Shown here piece by piece: positions 37,884 to 48,835 of a DNA stretch of 64,000 nt (its first letter is position 1; every line of letters starts with the position of its first letter). Origin of the DNA: Deltaproteobacteria bacterium GWC2_65_14 (GTDB lineage: Bacteria > Desulfobacterota > Deferrimicrobia > Deferrimicrobiales > Deferrimicrobiaceae); contig MGPV01000029.1 of NCBI GenBank assembly GCA_001797615.1, positions 30,583-94,582 on the forward strand, read 5' to 3'. Below the pieces are notes generated by a model. The model searched no databases. It worked only from the letters and a program-made list of their open reading frames with translations, and was not told where the DNA came from. The translations under genes and the position numbers were made by a program.

Positions 37884-38352
37884 GCGGCCGGGGAAGCGGC
37901 GCGGGATCAGCCTCCAGCAACGACTGCGGCCGGCTCCGTTCCGTGGGAGGATCCTCAGGAGACTCGTCCGCAATGCGCTCGATCTTCTCGATGCGGCCGG
38001 CGCGGATCTCCGCATCCTCGTCGTCGGAGATGCCGAAATGGCGCGGGCGAACCTGCGGTTCCTCGGCCACGAGGGAACGACGACCGTCCTTACCTTTCCC
38101 GAGGAAGCCCCGGGGCAGGCCGAAGCCGGAAGGATCACCGGAGATATCCTGGTGTCGGCCGATGCCTGCCTCTCCCGGACGGAAGGGTGGCCGGAATCGC
38201 CCGAGGAGAGAGTCTTTTTCTTCATCGTCCATGGGATCCTCCACCTGCTCGGGCAGGATCACCTGGCAGGACGCGGGGAGGCGGTCCGGATGCGCAGGAT
38301 GGAGCTCCGGGTATACCGGAAGGTCCTCGCGAAAGAGCCCGGGCGGGGATGA
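37861..38352 (+). CDS. ybeY: rRNA maturation endoribonuclease YbeY
   Basis: HGILHLLGQDH zinc motif. The start is uncertain (ATG 37852 or 37861, overlapping phoH). Confidence 0.85.
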   Translation: MRSGPPPERPGKRRGISLQQRLRPAPFRGRILRRLVRNALDLLDAAGADLRILVVGDAEMARANLRFLGHEGTTTVLTFPEEAPGQAEAGRITGDILVSADACLSRTEGWPESPEERVFFFIVHGILHLLGQDHLAGRGEAVRMRRMELRVYRKVLAKEPGRG

Positions 38353-39956
38353 AGCCCGGGAAGCGGAAGAAGAAGTCCGGGGGAGCGGACGCTCCCGGGC
38401 CGGGCGCGGGGAAGCGGATCGCGCTTTCCCTCCTCTTTGCGGGTTCCTATGCGCTCGGGATGCCGGGGTACGACGTCCCCGCGCTTCCCTTCGTCTGCCT
38501 GGTGCCGCTTCTCTTCCTGGCGGACGCTTGCTCCGGCGCGAGGCAGGCCGCTCGATGGGGGTTGCTCGCCGGGACCCTGGCCAATCTCCTCCTGTTCTAC
38601 TGGATCGCCTACACGGTGGCGGTGCCCGGGAATCTCGGGTGGGCGCTCGGGGGAATCGCCGCCCTCCTGGTGTCGGCCTACGTGGGGGCCTACGTCTCCA
38701 TGGCCGCCGCGATCGCCTTCCGCCTCCGGGACTCGTTCGGGGAAGCGGGACTGCTCGCCTTTCCGGCGGCCTGGGTCGGCGTCGAATATGCCCGGTCGGT
38801 CCTGTTCACCGGATTTCCCTGGGTGCTGTTCGGCTATTCCCTTACCGAAAGTCTCCTGCTGCGCCAGGCCGCCGACCTGGCGGGAATGGCGGGAATCGGG
38901 TTCCTCCTGGCGTCGGTCAATCTCCTTTTCTTCATCGCCTGCATGCGGCTGGCACGGGGAGCGCGCGTGCGGGCCCTCCTTCCCGCCGCGGGAGCGGCGG
39001 TCCTGGTCGGTTTCCTGTTCCTCTACGGAGCCTGGAAGGTTCGCGGGCAGGAGGGGGCGCCGCGGGGCGCCGGAATCGTCGTGGGAATCGCCCAGGGGGG
39101 GATCGACCAGTCGCTCAAGTGGGACCCGGCGCACCAGCGGGGCACGCTCGACATCTACTCCGGCTTGAGCCGGGAGGCGAAAGGGATGGGGGCCGAGGTG
39201 ATCGTCTGGCCGGAGACGGCCGCTCCCTTCTTCTACGGCTGGGAAACTGCACTGAGCGCCCTGGTGGACAACGTGGCGCTGGAGACCGGGGTTCCGATCC
39301 TCTTCGGGGCTCCCTGGTTCGAGCCGTCCGGCGGCGGAAGGTACTACAACAGCGTGTTCCATATCGATCGGGAAGGCGTGGCGAGGGGACGGTACGACAA
39401 GCGGCACCTGGTCCCGTTCGGGGAATATATCCCGCTCCGGAGCGTTCTGTTTTTCATGAAGAAACTGACCGTGGGGGAGGAGGATTTCTCCGCCGGTTCG
39501 GACCCCTCCCTGTTCGACGTGGGGGGGGCACCGGCAGGGGCTTCGGTCTGCTACGAGGCGGTGTTCCCGGGGATCGTCCGGGACAGCGTGCGCCAGGGGG
39601 CGACCTGGCTCGTCAACGTGACGAACGATGCCTGGTTCGGGGACACGGTGGCCCCCCGGCAGCACCTGGCCATGGCGAGGATGCGGTCGGTGGAGTTCCG
39701 GCGGCCGATGGTCCGGGCGGCGAACTCGGGAATCAGCGCGATCATCGACCGGCGGGGGGAGGTGGTCGCCCGGATCGGAAACGAACTCCGGGGTGCGGCG
39801 GCCGGCAGGATCCATCCCGGGGGGGGGGAGACCATCTACGCGAAAACGGGTGAAATATTCGGGATTTCGTGTACTATAATGACTCTTTTCATTCTGGCGG
39901 CTGCGGGACTTGTTCGACGCGGTGGCCGCGTCGCGGGCACGGAAGAGAGGGAGTGA
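38349..39956 (+). CDS. lnt: Apolipoprotein N-acyltransferase
   Basis: Multi-TM N-terminus plus CN-hydrolase domain (VWPETAAPF…, CYEAVFP). ATG 38349 overlaps the ybeY stop (ATGA). Confidence 0.9.
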   Translation: MKPGKRKKKSGGADAPGPGAGKRIALSLLFAGSYALGMPGYDVPALPFVCLVPLLFLADACSGARQAARWGLLAGTLANLLLFYWIAYTVAVPGNLGWALGGIAALLVSAYVGAYVSMAAAIAFRLRDSFGEAGLLAFPAAWVGVEYARSVLFTGFPWVLFGYSLTESLLLRQAADLAGMAGIGFLLASVNLLFFIACMRLARGARVRALLPAAGAAVLVGFLFLYGAWKVRGQEGAPRGAGIVVGIAQGGIDQSLKWDPAHQRGTLDIYSGLSREAKGMGAEVIVWPETAAPFFYGWETALSALVDNVALETGVPILFGAPWFEPSGGGRYYNSVFHIDREGVARGRYDKRHLVPFGEYIPLRSVLFFMKKLTVGEEDFSAGSDPSLFDVGGAPAGASVCYEAVFPGIVRDSVRQGATWLVNVTNDAWFGDTVAPRQHLAMARMRSVEFRRPMVRAANSGISAIIDRRGEVVARIGNELRGAAAGRIHPGGGETIYAKTGEIFGISCTIMTLFILAAAGLVRRGGRVAGTEERE

Positions 39957-41081
39957 TGGCGACAGGAGTGCTGGGGGAGAAGGCGGACGCGCTCGAAGCG
40001 AGGGTTTCGGCCCTCCGGGGCTATCTTTGAGGTAGACCGGAAAAAAGCCCGTCTTTCCGAGGTGGAGGCGGCCGTCTCGCGGGAAGGGTTCTGGGATTCC
40101 CCGGAGAAGGCGGAGCCGCTCCTGAAGGAGCGGAAAATCCTCGAGACCTTCCAGGCCCGGTGGTCCGGCATCGAGCGGGGGATCGCCGACCTGCGCGCCT
40201 ACCTCGAGCTCTACGAGGAGGCCGAGGATCCCTCCCTGGCCTCCGAGATCGGGCGGCATGCGGAGGGGCTCTACGCGGACCTGGACGCGGTGGAAACGGA
40301 GCGGATGCTCGGCGGGGAGAACGACGAGCGCAACGCGATCCTGACGATTCACCCCGGGGCGGGCGGGACCGAGTCGCAGGACTGGGCGGAGATGCTGCTC
40401 CGGATGTATACGCGGTTCGCCGACCGCAACGCCTACGCGGTGGAGCTGGTCGAGCGTCAGGAGGGGGACGAGGCGGGGATCAAGAGCGCCACGATCCTCC
40501 TTTCGGGGGATCATCCGTACGGGTACATGAAGGCGGAAAGCGGGGTCCACCGGCTTGTCCGGATCTCCCCGTTCGACGCGAACAAGCGGCGGCACACCTC
40601 CTTCGCCTCGGTGTTCGTGTCCCCGGAGATCGACGACGAGGTCCAGATCCAGATCCTCGATTCGGAGATCCGGGTCGACACCCTCCGTTCCGGGGGCGCG
40701 GGGGGGCAGCATGTGAACAAGGTCGAGTCGGCCGTCAGGATCACGCACGTGCCGACCGGGGTGTCCGCGCTCTGCCAGCAGGAGCGGTCTCAGCACAAGA
40801 ACCGCGCCATGGCGATGAAGATCCTCCGGTCCAAGCTCTACGAGATCGAGATGCGGGAGCGGAAGGAGAAGGCGGCGGAAGCCCACAAGTCCAGGAAGGA
40901 TATCGCCTGGGGCTCCCAGATCCGGTCCTACGTCCTGGCTCCCTACCGGATGGTGAAGGACCACCGGACCGGCCACGAGACGGGGAACGTGGACGCGATC
41001 CTGGACGGCGACCTCATGGAGTTCATCCGGAAGTACCTCCTGGGCGGAGGCGAGGAGGGGGAAGGAAAGGCCGCACTGTGA
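39956..41081 (+). CDS. prfB: Peptide chain release factor 2, translated via programmed +1 frameshift at CUU UGA (40025-40030)
   Basis: Frame 1 runs 39956-40027 (MATGVLGEKADALEARVSALRGYL) and ends at an in-frame TGA. It is preceded by the internal SD-like GGGG and the slippery site TAT CTT TGA G. The +1 frame from 40029 encodes the rest of RF2 with SPF and GGQ motifs. The ORF track shows only the downstream part (40062..41081). Confidence 0.9.
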
Positions 41082-41129
41082 GCCCTCCCGCGGCGCAGGG
41101 GGGGGGAGACGGCGGAGGGGGAGAGTCCC

Positions 41130-42617
41130 GTGAAGGATGAATGGAACGAGCTGGTCCTCGAGCGGATCCGGAAAGCGGAGGCGATCCGCCGGGACGGGGG
41201 GAACCCGTACCCCAACGATCAGCGGGTCGGATGGACCGCCTCCGCCGCGAGGAAGGCGGCGGAGGGGAAGAGCGGCGAGGAGCTCGATCGGAATCCGGCG
41301 CGGGTCGACATCGCGGGCCGGATCGTCGCGTTGCGGAATTTCGGGAAGGCGGCCTTTCTCGTTCTCGCCGACCGGACCGGGCGGCTGCAGGCCTACCTGA
41401 AGGAGGACGGGATCGGCGAGGAGGCCTATTCCCGGTTTCGGGAAACCGTGGACGTCGGGGACATCGCCTGGGTGGGAGGCCCTCTCTTCATCACCCGGAC
41501 CGGGGAGCTGACGGTCCGGGCGGAGCGCTTCCGGCTTCTCTCGAAGTCGCTGCGTCCCCTCCCGGAGAAGTGGCACGGCTTGGCGGACGTGGAGACCCGG
41601 TACCGGCAGCGGTACGTGGACCTGATCGTGAACGAGGAGGTGCGGGAGCTCTTCCGGACCCGCTCCCGGATCGTCTCCTTCCTCCGGGACTTCCTGTCCG
41701 CCCGTGACTTCCTCGAGGTCGAGACGCCGATGATGCAGCCGGTCGCGGGGGGGGCGGCGGCCCGCCCGTTCGTGACGCATCACAACGCCCTGGACACGGA
41801 GCTCTACCTGCGGATCGCCCCGGAGCTCTACCTGAAGCGCCTCCTGGTCGGCGGGCTGGAGAGGGTCTTCGAGATCAACCGGAGCTTCCGGAACGAGGGG
41901 ATCTCCACCCAGCACAACCCGGAATTCACGATGCTGGAGTTCTACCAGGCGTACGCCACCCACGAGGATCTCATGCGGCTGACCGAGGAGATGCTCTCCT
42001 CCCTCGCGGTGCACCTCTTCGGCACGGCCCGGGTGAGCGTCCAGGGGGAGGAGATCGATTTCACTCCGCCCTGGGAGCGGGTCACGGTGGCGGAAGCGGT
42101 CGCTCGGTACGGGAAGGTCCCGAAGGAGAACCTTTCCGACCCCGTCTTTCTGTCGAAGATGGCGCGGGAGATCGGCCTCGCGGTGAAAGGGGATCCCTCT
42201 CCCGGAACGATCCTCGCGAAGATCTACGAGGAGGTCGCGGAGCGCAGGATCCGGGGCCCCGCCTTCGTCACGGAGTACCCGACCGAGGTCTCCCCGCTGT
42301 CGCGCCGGAACGACGCGAGGCCGGCGATCGTCGACCGGTTCGAGCTGATCGTCCGGGGGCGGGAGATCGCGAACGCCTTCTCCGAGCTGAACGACCCCCT
42401 CGACCAGCGGGGGCGGTTCGAGGAGCAGCTCCGCCTCCGGGAGGAGGGGGACGAGGAGGCGCACGCGATGGACGAGGACTTCCTTCGCGCCCTCGAGTAC
42501 GGGATGCCGCCGGCGGCGGGGGAGGGGATCGGGATCGACCGGCTGGTGATGCTCTTCACCGACTCTCCCTCCATCCGGGACGTCATCCTGTTCCCGCTGC
42601 TGCGGAAAGAGGGGTAG
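41130..42617 (+). CDS. lysS: Lysyl-tRNA synthetase (class II)
   Basis: 495 aa with class II motifs and OB-fold N-terminus; the prfB-lysS pairing is conserved. Confidence 0.93.
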   Translation: MKDEWNELVLERIRKAEAIRRDGGNPYPNDQRVGWTASAARKAAEGKSGEELDRNPARVDIAGRIVALRNFGKAAFLVLADRTGRLQAYLKEDGIGEEAYSRFRETVDVGDIAWVGGPLFITRTGELTVRAERFRLLSKSLRPLPEKWHGLADVETRYRQRYVDLIVNEEVRELFRTRSRIVSFLRDFLSARDFLEVETPMMQPVAGGAAARPFVTHHNALDTELYLRIAPELYLKRLLVGGLERVFEINRSFRNEGISTQHNPEFTMLEFYQAYATHEDLMRLTEEMLSSLAVHLFGTARVSVQGEEIDFTPPWERVTVAEAVARYGKVPKENLSDPVFLSKMAREIGLAVKGDPSPGTILAKIYEEVAERRIRGPAFVTEYPTEVSPLSRRNDARPAIVDRFELIVRGREIANAFSELNDPLDQRGRFEEQLRLREEGDEEAHAMDEDFLRALEYGMPPAAGEGIGIDRLVMLFTDSPSIRDVILFPLLRKEG

Positions 42618-42623
42618 GCGCGG

Positions 42624-43859
42624 GTGGGTCTCCCGGTCGAATTCTACATCGGCCTGAAGTACCTCCTGGCCAAGCGGAAGCAGACCTTCATCTCCATCAT
42701 CACCATCATCTCGGTGTCGGGGGTCGCCGTCGGGGTGACCGCCCTCATCATCGTGCTCGCCGTGATGGGCGGGTTCGAGCGGGAGCTCAAGGACCGGATC
42801 CTCGGGGCCACCGCCCACGTGCACGTCACAAACCTGGACGGCTCCATCGCCGATCCGGAAAAGGCGCTGGACACCGTGCTGCAGGTGGAGGGGGTCGTCG
42901 GGGCGAGCCCCTACATCTTCTCCCAGGTCATGATCTCCTCCGGGGCCTCGGCGACCGGGGGGATCCTCCGGGGGGTGGACCTGGCCACGGTCGGCAACGT
43001 AACCCGCCTTCCCAGCGACGTCCGGATCGGCCGTCTGGAGGACCTGTGGGATGCGCCGAAAGGGGGACTTCCCAGGGTGATCCTGGGGAAGGAGCTGGCC
43101 GCGAACCTGGGGGTCGCGCCGGGGGACATCGTGGAGGTCATGGTGCCGGGGGGAAACGTGACCCCGCTGGGGGCATTCCCCCGCGTGGACCGGTTCCGCG
43201 TGAGCGGGATCTTCGAGTCCGGGATGTACGAGTACGACTCCTCCTTCGCCTACGTCTCCCTCGCGGAGGCCGGAAGACTGCTGGGACTCCACGGCAGGGT
43301 CACCGGGATCGAGGTGAAGGTGAAGGATATCTACCAGGCCGGAGAGGTCGCCTCCCGCGTGAGGGAGCGGCTGGGCTACCCCTTCTGGGCGAAGGACTGG
43401 ATGCAGAGCAACCGGAACCTCTTCTCCGCGCTGAAGCTGGAGAAGGTGGTCATGTTCATCATCCTCGTCCTCATCGTCATGGTGGCGGCCTTCAACATCA
43501 TCAGCACGCTGATCATGGTCGTGATGGACAAGACGAAGGACATCGCGGTCCTCATGACGCTGGGGGCCACCCGGAAGACGGTCCGAAGGATCTTCGCGCT
43601 CGAGGGGCTGCTGATCGGGATCGTGGGGACCGGCGCGGGGATCCTCCTGGGGGGGGGGCTCTGTTATCTCCTCGCCCGCTACCAGTTCATCCGGCTTCCG
43701 AGCGACGTCTACTACATCTCCACCCTGCCGGTCGACCTCACGCCCGGCATCCTGCTGCTGGTCGGGGCAAGCTCCATCCTGATCTGCTTCCTGGCCACCT
43801 TCTACCCTTCCCTGCAGGCTTCCCGGATCGACCCGGTGGAGGCGATCCGCTATGAATAG
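42624..43859 (+). CDS. lolC: Lipoprotein-releasing system permease LolC/LolE
   Basis: FtsX-like four-TM permease with a periplasmic domain; followed by lolD. Confidence 0.88.
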   Translation: MGLPVEFYIGLKYLLAKRKQTFISIITIISVSGVAVGVTALIIVLAVMGGFERELKDRILGATAHVHVTNLDGSIADPEKALDTVLQVEGVVGASPYIFSQVMISSGASATGGILRGVDLATVGNVTRLPSDVRIGRLEDLWDAPKGGLPRVILGKELAANLGVAPGDIVEVMVPGGNVTPLGAFPRVDRFRVSGIFESGMYEYDSSFAYVSLAEAGRLLGLHGRVTGIEVKVKDIYQAGEVASRVRERLGYPFWAKDWMQSNRNLFSALKLEKVVMFIILVLIVMVAAFNIISTLIMVVMDKTKDIAVLMTLGATRKTVRRIFALEGLLIGIVGTGAGILLGGGLCYLLARYQFIRLPSDVYYISTLPVDLTPGILLLVGASSILICFLATFYPSLQASRIDPVEAIRYE

Positions 43860-44532
43860 CCCCGGCTTCCTCCGCGTCGAAGAGCTCCGGAAGGAGTTCC
43901 TCCTGAGGGTGGGAACCCTCGAAGTGCTCAAGGGGATCTCCTTCACCCTCGATCGGGGCGAGATGCTCGGGGTGGTCGGAGTCTCGGGGGCGGGGAAGAC
44001 GACCCTGCTGCAGATCGTGGGGACCCTCGACCGTCCGACCTCGGGGGCCGTCCTGTACGACGGGCGCGACGTCACGGGGATGGGCGAGGAGGAGCTTGCG
44101 GCCTTCCGGAACCGTTCCGTGGGGTTCGTCTTCCAGTTCCACCACCTGCTTCCCGAGTTCAACGCCCGGGAGAACGTGATGCTCCCCTGCCTGATCTCCG
44201 GAATGTCCTGGGACGAGGCCGGCCGCAGGGCCGAAGGGCTTCTCGGGGAGGTCGGGCTTTCCGGAAGGCTCACGCACCGGGTGGGGGAGATCTCGGGGGG
44301 GGAGCAGCAGCGCGTCGCCATCTGCCGGGCGCTGGCGATGGGTCCCGAGGTGATCCTCGCGGACGAGCCCACCGGGAACCTGGACAAGGAGACGGCGTCC
44401 GGGGTCATGGACCTGCTCGTTACGCTCAACCGGACCCGGGGGATGTCGCTCATCGTGGTCACGCACAACGAGGAGATGGCCGGACGGATGCATCGGGTGA
44501 TCCAGATCGACGACGGGCGGATCGCGCGGTGA
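43852..44532 (+). CDS. lolD: Lipoprotein-releasing system ATP-binding protein LolD
   Basis: ABC Walker A GVSGAGKTT and LSGGEQQRVAICRAL signature. Confidence 0.9.
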   Translation: MNSPGFLRVEELRKEFLLRVGTLEVLKGISFTLDRGEMLGVVGVSGAGKTTLLQIVGTLDRPTSGAVLYDGRDVTGMGEEELAAFRNRSVGFVFQFHHLLPEFNARENVMLPCLISGMSWDEAGRRAEGLLGEVGLSGRLTHRVGEISGGEQQRVAICRALAMGPEVILADEPTGNLDKETASGVMDLLVTLNRTRGMSLIVVTHNEEMAGRMHRVIQIDDGRIAR

Positions 44533-46802
44533 CGGCGCGGAGGAGCGCCGCAACGGCGGCCGCGGCCCTGCTGCTGTACGCGGCGCTGGCCGGGACCCTC
44601 CTTCGGGCGGCCGGGTTTCCCGTCCTCGCGATCGAGGTGCGGGGGGTCAAGCGGGTCGGGGCCGACGCGGTTCGCGCGGCGATGGGGACGCGCGTGGGGG
44701 CCGAGTTCGACCCGGCGGCGGTCCGGAAGGATGTGAAGGCGATCTACCGGATGGGGTACTTCACCGATGTCCGGTTCGACGCCGAGGAGGTGCCCGGGGG
44801 GTACCGGCTGACCGTGATCGTGGAGGAGAAGCCGATCGTCTCCTCGGTGGCCGTCGAGGGGAACAAGGAGGTGGACACGAAGGACCTCAAGGAGGCGATC
44901 ACCATCCGGGAGCGGACGCTGTTCACGGAGGAGAAGGTCAAGGAGTCGGCCCGGAAGATGGTCGAGGTCTACCAGAACCGCGGGTTTTACGACGCCACGG
45001 TCGATTCCTCCGTCCAGGAGGATCCGGACGGAACGCAGCGGGTTTCCTTCCGGGTGACGGAACGGGAGAAGCTGAAGATCGAGACGATCGAGATCACCGG
45101 GAACAGCCAGCTGTCCGCGAGGAAGATCCGGAAGGTGATGGACACGGGGGAGCGGGGGTTCTTCTCCTTTCTCACCGACTCGGGGACCTACAAGAAGGAT
45201 GTGATCGAGAACGATCTCCGCAAGATCGAGGCGCTCTACCAGAACAACGGATTCCTCGAGTCGAAGGTCTCCGAACCGGTGATCCGCCGCGGGCCGAAGG
45301 GGCTTGCGATGACCCTCCACGTGTTCGAGGGGAGGCAGTTCCGGATAGGCACCGTGAGGTTCCAGGGGGAAAGCGGCATTCCGGAAGCGGAGCTCCGCGG
45401 GAAGGTGAAGCTGTCCCCGGGGGAGCTGTTCAGCCGGGAAAGGCTGCTTTCCGACGTGCTCTCCCTCACGACGCTGCTGAACGACCGGGGGTATGCGGTG
45501 GCGATCGTTTCCCCGGGGGTCGAGAAAAGAAAGGACGAGCCGGTGGCGGACGTGACCTACCGGATCGACCGGGGAGAGAAGTACCGGTTCGGAAGGGTGG
45601 AGATCGTCGGGAACACCAAGACGCTGGACCGGGTGATCCGCCGGAACCTCGAGGTGGCCGACGGGCAGATCTATACCGCCACGGGGCTCAAGGAGAGCCG
45701 GGAGAACCTGAACCGGAGCTCCTTTTTCAAGGACATCCGGATCAGCACGGCCCCCTCCGAGGAACGACGGGAGATGGATGTCCGGGTGGAGGTCCAGGAG
45801 GGGCCGACGGGGACGCTGTCCGGGGGCTTGGGGTTCAGCTCCGTGGACAAGCTGTTCGGGGTCGTCCAGGTGAACGAAAACAACCTGTTCGGGCGGGCCT
45901 GGAGGGCCTCGCTGAACAGCCAGTTCGGGGCGCGGCGGACCGTCTTCACGCTGAACTTCCAGGATCCCTACTTCCTCGATACCGACTACAGCCTGTACCT
46001 CAGCGCCTACAACCAGCGGACCGAGTACACCGATTTCGAGCGGAAAGGGTCCGGCGGGAGGGTCGGGGTGGGGCGGTCGTTCGGGAAATATCTCTCGTCC
46101 AGCGTCACCGCGCGGGTCGATACCGTCCAGATCCTCGACCCGGGAACGGCCGTCTCCACCATCCTGAAGGAGGAGTTCAGCAAGGGGACGCAGCAGACGC
46201 ACAGTCTCAACTGGAACCTCGTCCGGAACACCACGGACAGGTACATCGACCCGTCCCGCGGGACCGTCGCCTCCGCCTCGGTGGAATACGCCGGGGGACC
46301 GCTGGGCGGGGACAGCGAATTCGTGAAATACTTCCTGAACGGAAAGATCTTCTTCCCGGTCACCCAAAGCACCGTTCTTTCGGCGAACCTGCTCTGGGGA
46401 CATGCGATCAGCACAGTCGGGGGGCGCGTTCCGATCTTCGAGCGCTTCTTCCTCGGGGGGCCGTACAGCCTCCGCGGATTCGAGTCGCGGACTCTCTCCC
46501 CGACCGACCCGAACACCGGGGAGCGGATCGGGGGGAACAAGGAACTCGTGATGAACCTCGAGTACACCTTCCCCCTGTTCAACGAGATCGGCTTCAAGGG
46601 TGTCCTCTTCTTCGACTCGGGGAATACCTGGCGCCAGAGCGAGTTCCCCTGGGACGGGGAAGACCTGAAATATTCCGCCGGGTTCGGCCTCCGCTGGTAT
46701 TCGCCGATGGGGCCGCTCCGGTTCGAGTGGGGGTGGAACCTGAAGCCGTCTCCCGGAGAGGCGAGGCGGGTGGCCGAATTCACGATCGGAACGGCATTCT
46801 AA
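44529..46802 (+). CDS. bamA: Outer membrane protein assembly factor BamA
   Basis: 757 aa with POTRA repeats and a C-terminal beta-barrel ending …RFEFTIGTAF. Confidence 0.92.
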   Translation: MTARRSAATAAAALLLYAALAGTLLRAAGFPVLAIEVRGVKRVGADAVRAAMGTRVGAEFDPAAVRKDVKAIYRMGYFTDVRFDAEEVPGGYRLTVIVEEKPIVSSVAVEGNKEVDTKDLKEAITIRERTLFTEEKVKESARKMVEVYQNRGFYDATVDSSVQEDPDGTQRVSFRVTEREKLKIETIEITGNSQLSARKIRKVMDTGERGFFSFLTDSGTYKKDVIENDLRKIEALYQNNGFLESKVSEPVIRRGPKGLAMTLHVFEGRQFRIGTVRFQGESGIPEAELRGKVKLSPGELFSRERLLSDVLSLTTLLNDRGYAVAIVSPGVEKRKDEPVADVTYRIDRGEKYRFGRVEIVGNTKTLDRVIRRNLEVADGQIYTATGLKESRENLNRSSFFKDIRISTAPSEERREMDVRVEVQEGPTGTLSGGLGFSSVDKLFGVVQVNENNLFGRAWRASLNSQFGARRTVFTLNFQDPYFLDTDYSLYLSAYNQRTEYTDFERKGSGGRVGVGRSFGKYLSSSVTARVDTVQILDPGTAVSTILKEEFSKGTQQTHSLNWNLVRNTTDRYIDPSRGTVASASVEYAGGPLGGDSEFVKYFLNGKIFFPVTQSTVLSANLLWGHAISTVGGRVPIFERFFLGGPYSLRGFESRTLSPTDPNTGERIGGNKELVMNLEYTFPLFNEIGFKGVLFFDSGNTWRQSEFPWDGEDLKYSAGFGLRWYSPMGPLRFEWGWNLKPSPGEARRVAEFTIGTAF

Positions 46803-46817
46803 CGAGGGGGTAGAACG

Positions 46818-47351
46818 ATGAGGCACAAGAAGGCGGCATTTCTGCTGGTGGTGGCCGCGGCGGCGATGTTGGCCGTCCGCCCGGCCTTCGGGGAGGGGTT
46901 GAAGGTCGCGGTGATCGACGTGAACAGGATCCTGAACGAGTCCGCAGCCGGCAAAGAGGCCCGCAAGAAGATGGAGGCCCGGTACGAGGAGCTGAAGAAG
47001 AGGATCGAGAAGATGAACGAGGAGGCGCGCAAGATGAAGGAGGATCTGGACAAGCAGAAGATCCTCCTCGGGAAGGAGAAGGTGAAGGAGAAGGAGGAGG
47101 CCCTCGCCGCGAAGGTCGCCGAGCTCCGCCAGATGACCCAGGAGTCGGAGAAGGAGATGCAGACCCGCCAGGAGGAGCTCACCCGCGAGATCCTCAAGGT
47201 TGTCGAGGGGAAGATCGACAAGCTGGTGGAGGAGGAGAAGATCGACCTGCTGCTCGAAAGGAGCAGCGGGGTCGTCCATTTCTCCCCCGCCATGGACGTC
47301 ACCGCGAAGGTGCTGGAGCGGATGAACCGGGAGGGCGCCGGTGGGAAATGA
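46818..47351 (+). CDS. skp: Periplasmic chaperone Skp (OmpH)
   Basis: Signal peptide plus Lys/Glu-rich coiled coil; the bamA-skp-lpxD order. Confidence 0.88.
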   Translation: MRHKKAAFLLVVAAAAMLAVRPAFGEGLKVAVIDVNRILNESAAGKEARKKMEARYEELKKRIEKMNEEARKMKEDLDKQKILLGKEKVKEKEEALAAKVAELRQMTQESEKEMQTRQEELTREILKVVEGKIDKLVEEEKIDLLLERSSGVVHFSPAMDVTAKVLERMNREGAGGK

Positions 47352-48375
47352 GTTCCGGCTTTCGGAGCTGGCGGAACGGATCGGGGCGCGCCTCGCGGGG
47401 GAGGGCGACGCGGTCGTCCACGGGATCGCCCCCATCGAGGAGGCGGGACCCGGGGAAGTGACCTTTCTCGCGAACCCGAAGTACGCAAGGTTCGTCCTCG
47501 GGACGAAGGCGACTGCGGTCATCGCGAAGGCGACGGTCGAGGGAGCGCAGGCCAGCTTTCTGCTGGCCGACAACCCGTACCTTGCGTTCGCCCGGGCGGT
47601 CGAGGTTTTTCACCCGCCCGAGAGATTGCCGGAAGGGGTTTCCCCGCTGGCGTCGATGCACCCTTCGGCGCGGATCGGGGCCGGGGCGACCGTCTCCCCC
47701 TTCGTGGTGGTCGAGGAGAGGGTCTCGATCGGGGACCGCACCGTCGTCTACCCGGGCGTGTACCTGGGGAAGGGGGTCGTGGTGGGAGAGGACTGCCTCC
47801 TGTATCCCAACGTGGTGCTGTACCACGGGGTCCGGATCGGCTCGCGGGTGATCCTGCATGCGGGGTGCGTGATCGGAAGCGACGGTTTCGGATTCGCCCC
47901 GACCGCGGAGGGATACCGGAAGATCCCCCAGGTGGGAACGGTGGAGATCGGGGACGACGTGGAGATCGGGGCGAACACGACGATCGACCGGGCGGCGCTC
48001 GGCGTCACGCGGGTGTCCCGGGGGACCAAGCTGGACAACCTGGTTCAGGTGGGGCACAACGTGGTGATCGGGGAAGACACGGTGATCGCCGCCCAGGCGG
48101 GAATCTCCGGAAGTTGCAGGATCGGGCGACGGGTGATGATCGGGGGGCAGGCGGGGCTCGCCGGGCACCTCGAGATCGGCGACGGCGTCATGCTGGGGGC
48201 GAAAAGCGGAGTGCCGGCCTCCCTGGACGCCTCGGAATCCAGGGCCTGGTCCGGGATTCCCGCGATGCCTCACCCGGTATGGCTTCGCCTGGGGAAACTG
48301 TTGCCGAAGCTGCCGGAGCTGTTCCGGCGGGTCCGGCGGCTCGAAGAATCCGGAAAGACGAAATCGGAGGAGTGA
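47341..48375 (+). CDS. lpxD: UDP-3-O-acylglucosamine N-acyltransferase
   Basis: Left-handed beta-helix hexapeptide repeats; 344 aa. Confidence 0.92.
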   Translation: MGNEFRLSELAERIGARLAGEGDAVVHGIAPIEEAGPGEVTFLANPKYARFVLGTKATAVIAKATVEGAQASFLLADNPYLAFARAVEVFHPPERLPEGVSPLASMHPSARIGAGATVSPFVVVEERVSIGDRTVVYPGVYLGKGVVVGEDCLLYPNVVLYHGVRIGSRVILHAGCVIGSDGFGFAPTAEGYRKIPQVGTVEIGDDVEIGANTTIDRAALGVTRVSRGTKLDNLVQVGHNVVIGEDTVIAAQAGISGSCRIGRRVMIGGQAGLAGHLEIGDGVMLGAKSGVPASLDASESRAWSGIPAMPHPVWLRLGKLLPKLPELFRRVRRLEESGKTKSEE

Positions 48376-48376
48376 G

Positions 48377-48835
48377 ATGTTCGATATCCGGGAGATCATG
48401 AGCGTTCTGCCGCACCGGTACCCGTTCCTGTTCCTGGACCGGATCGTGGAGTGGGATCCGGGCAAACGGATCGTCGGGATCAAGAACGTGACGATCGACG
48501 AGCCCTTCTTCCAGGGGCATTTCCCCGGAACTCCGATCATGCCGGGGGTCCTGATCGTCGAGGCGATGGCGCAGGCGGGGGGGTTCCTGGCACTGAAGGC
48601 CGAGCGGGACGGGAAAAAGATCGCCTACTTCGCCGGGATCGACAACTGCAAATTCCGCCGTCCCGTCGTCCCCGGGGACCAGCTTCGGCTCGAGGCGACG
48701 GTGATGGCCCGGAAAGGGCCGGTATGGAAAATGCACGGGGAAGCCACGGTGAACGGGGTTCTCGTCGCAAAGGCCGACATGACGGCGACCACCCAGTCGT
48801 CCGAGGAGCAGCAGGAAGAGGAAGGTGGACAATGA
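48377..48835 (+). CDS. fabZ: 3-hydroxyacyl-ACP dehydratase
   Basis: FQGHFPGTPIMPGVL hot-dog motif. Confidence 0.95.
   Translation: MFDIREIMSVLPHRYPFLFLDRIVEWDPGKRIVGIKNVTIDEPFFQGHFPGTPIMPGVLIVEAMAQAGGFLALKAERDGKKIAYFAGIDNCKFRRPVVPGDQLRLEATVMARKGPVWKMHGEATVNGVLVAKADMTATTQSSEEQQEEEGGQ

Noticed and set aside
38259-47573. A 3104-aa antisense ORF spanning lnt, prfB, lysS, lolCE, lolD, bamA and skp
   Set aside because: The sense strand encodes seven well-conserved housekeeping proteins with clear motifs. The antisense product is low-complexity and Arg/Pro/Gly-rich, as expected from stop-codon paucity in high-GC DNA. It has no plausible start context.
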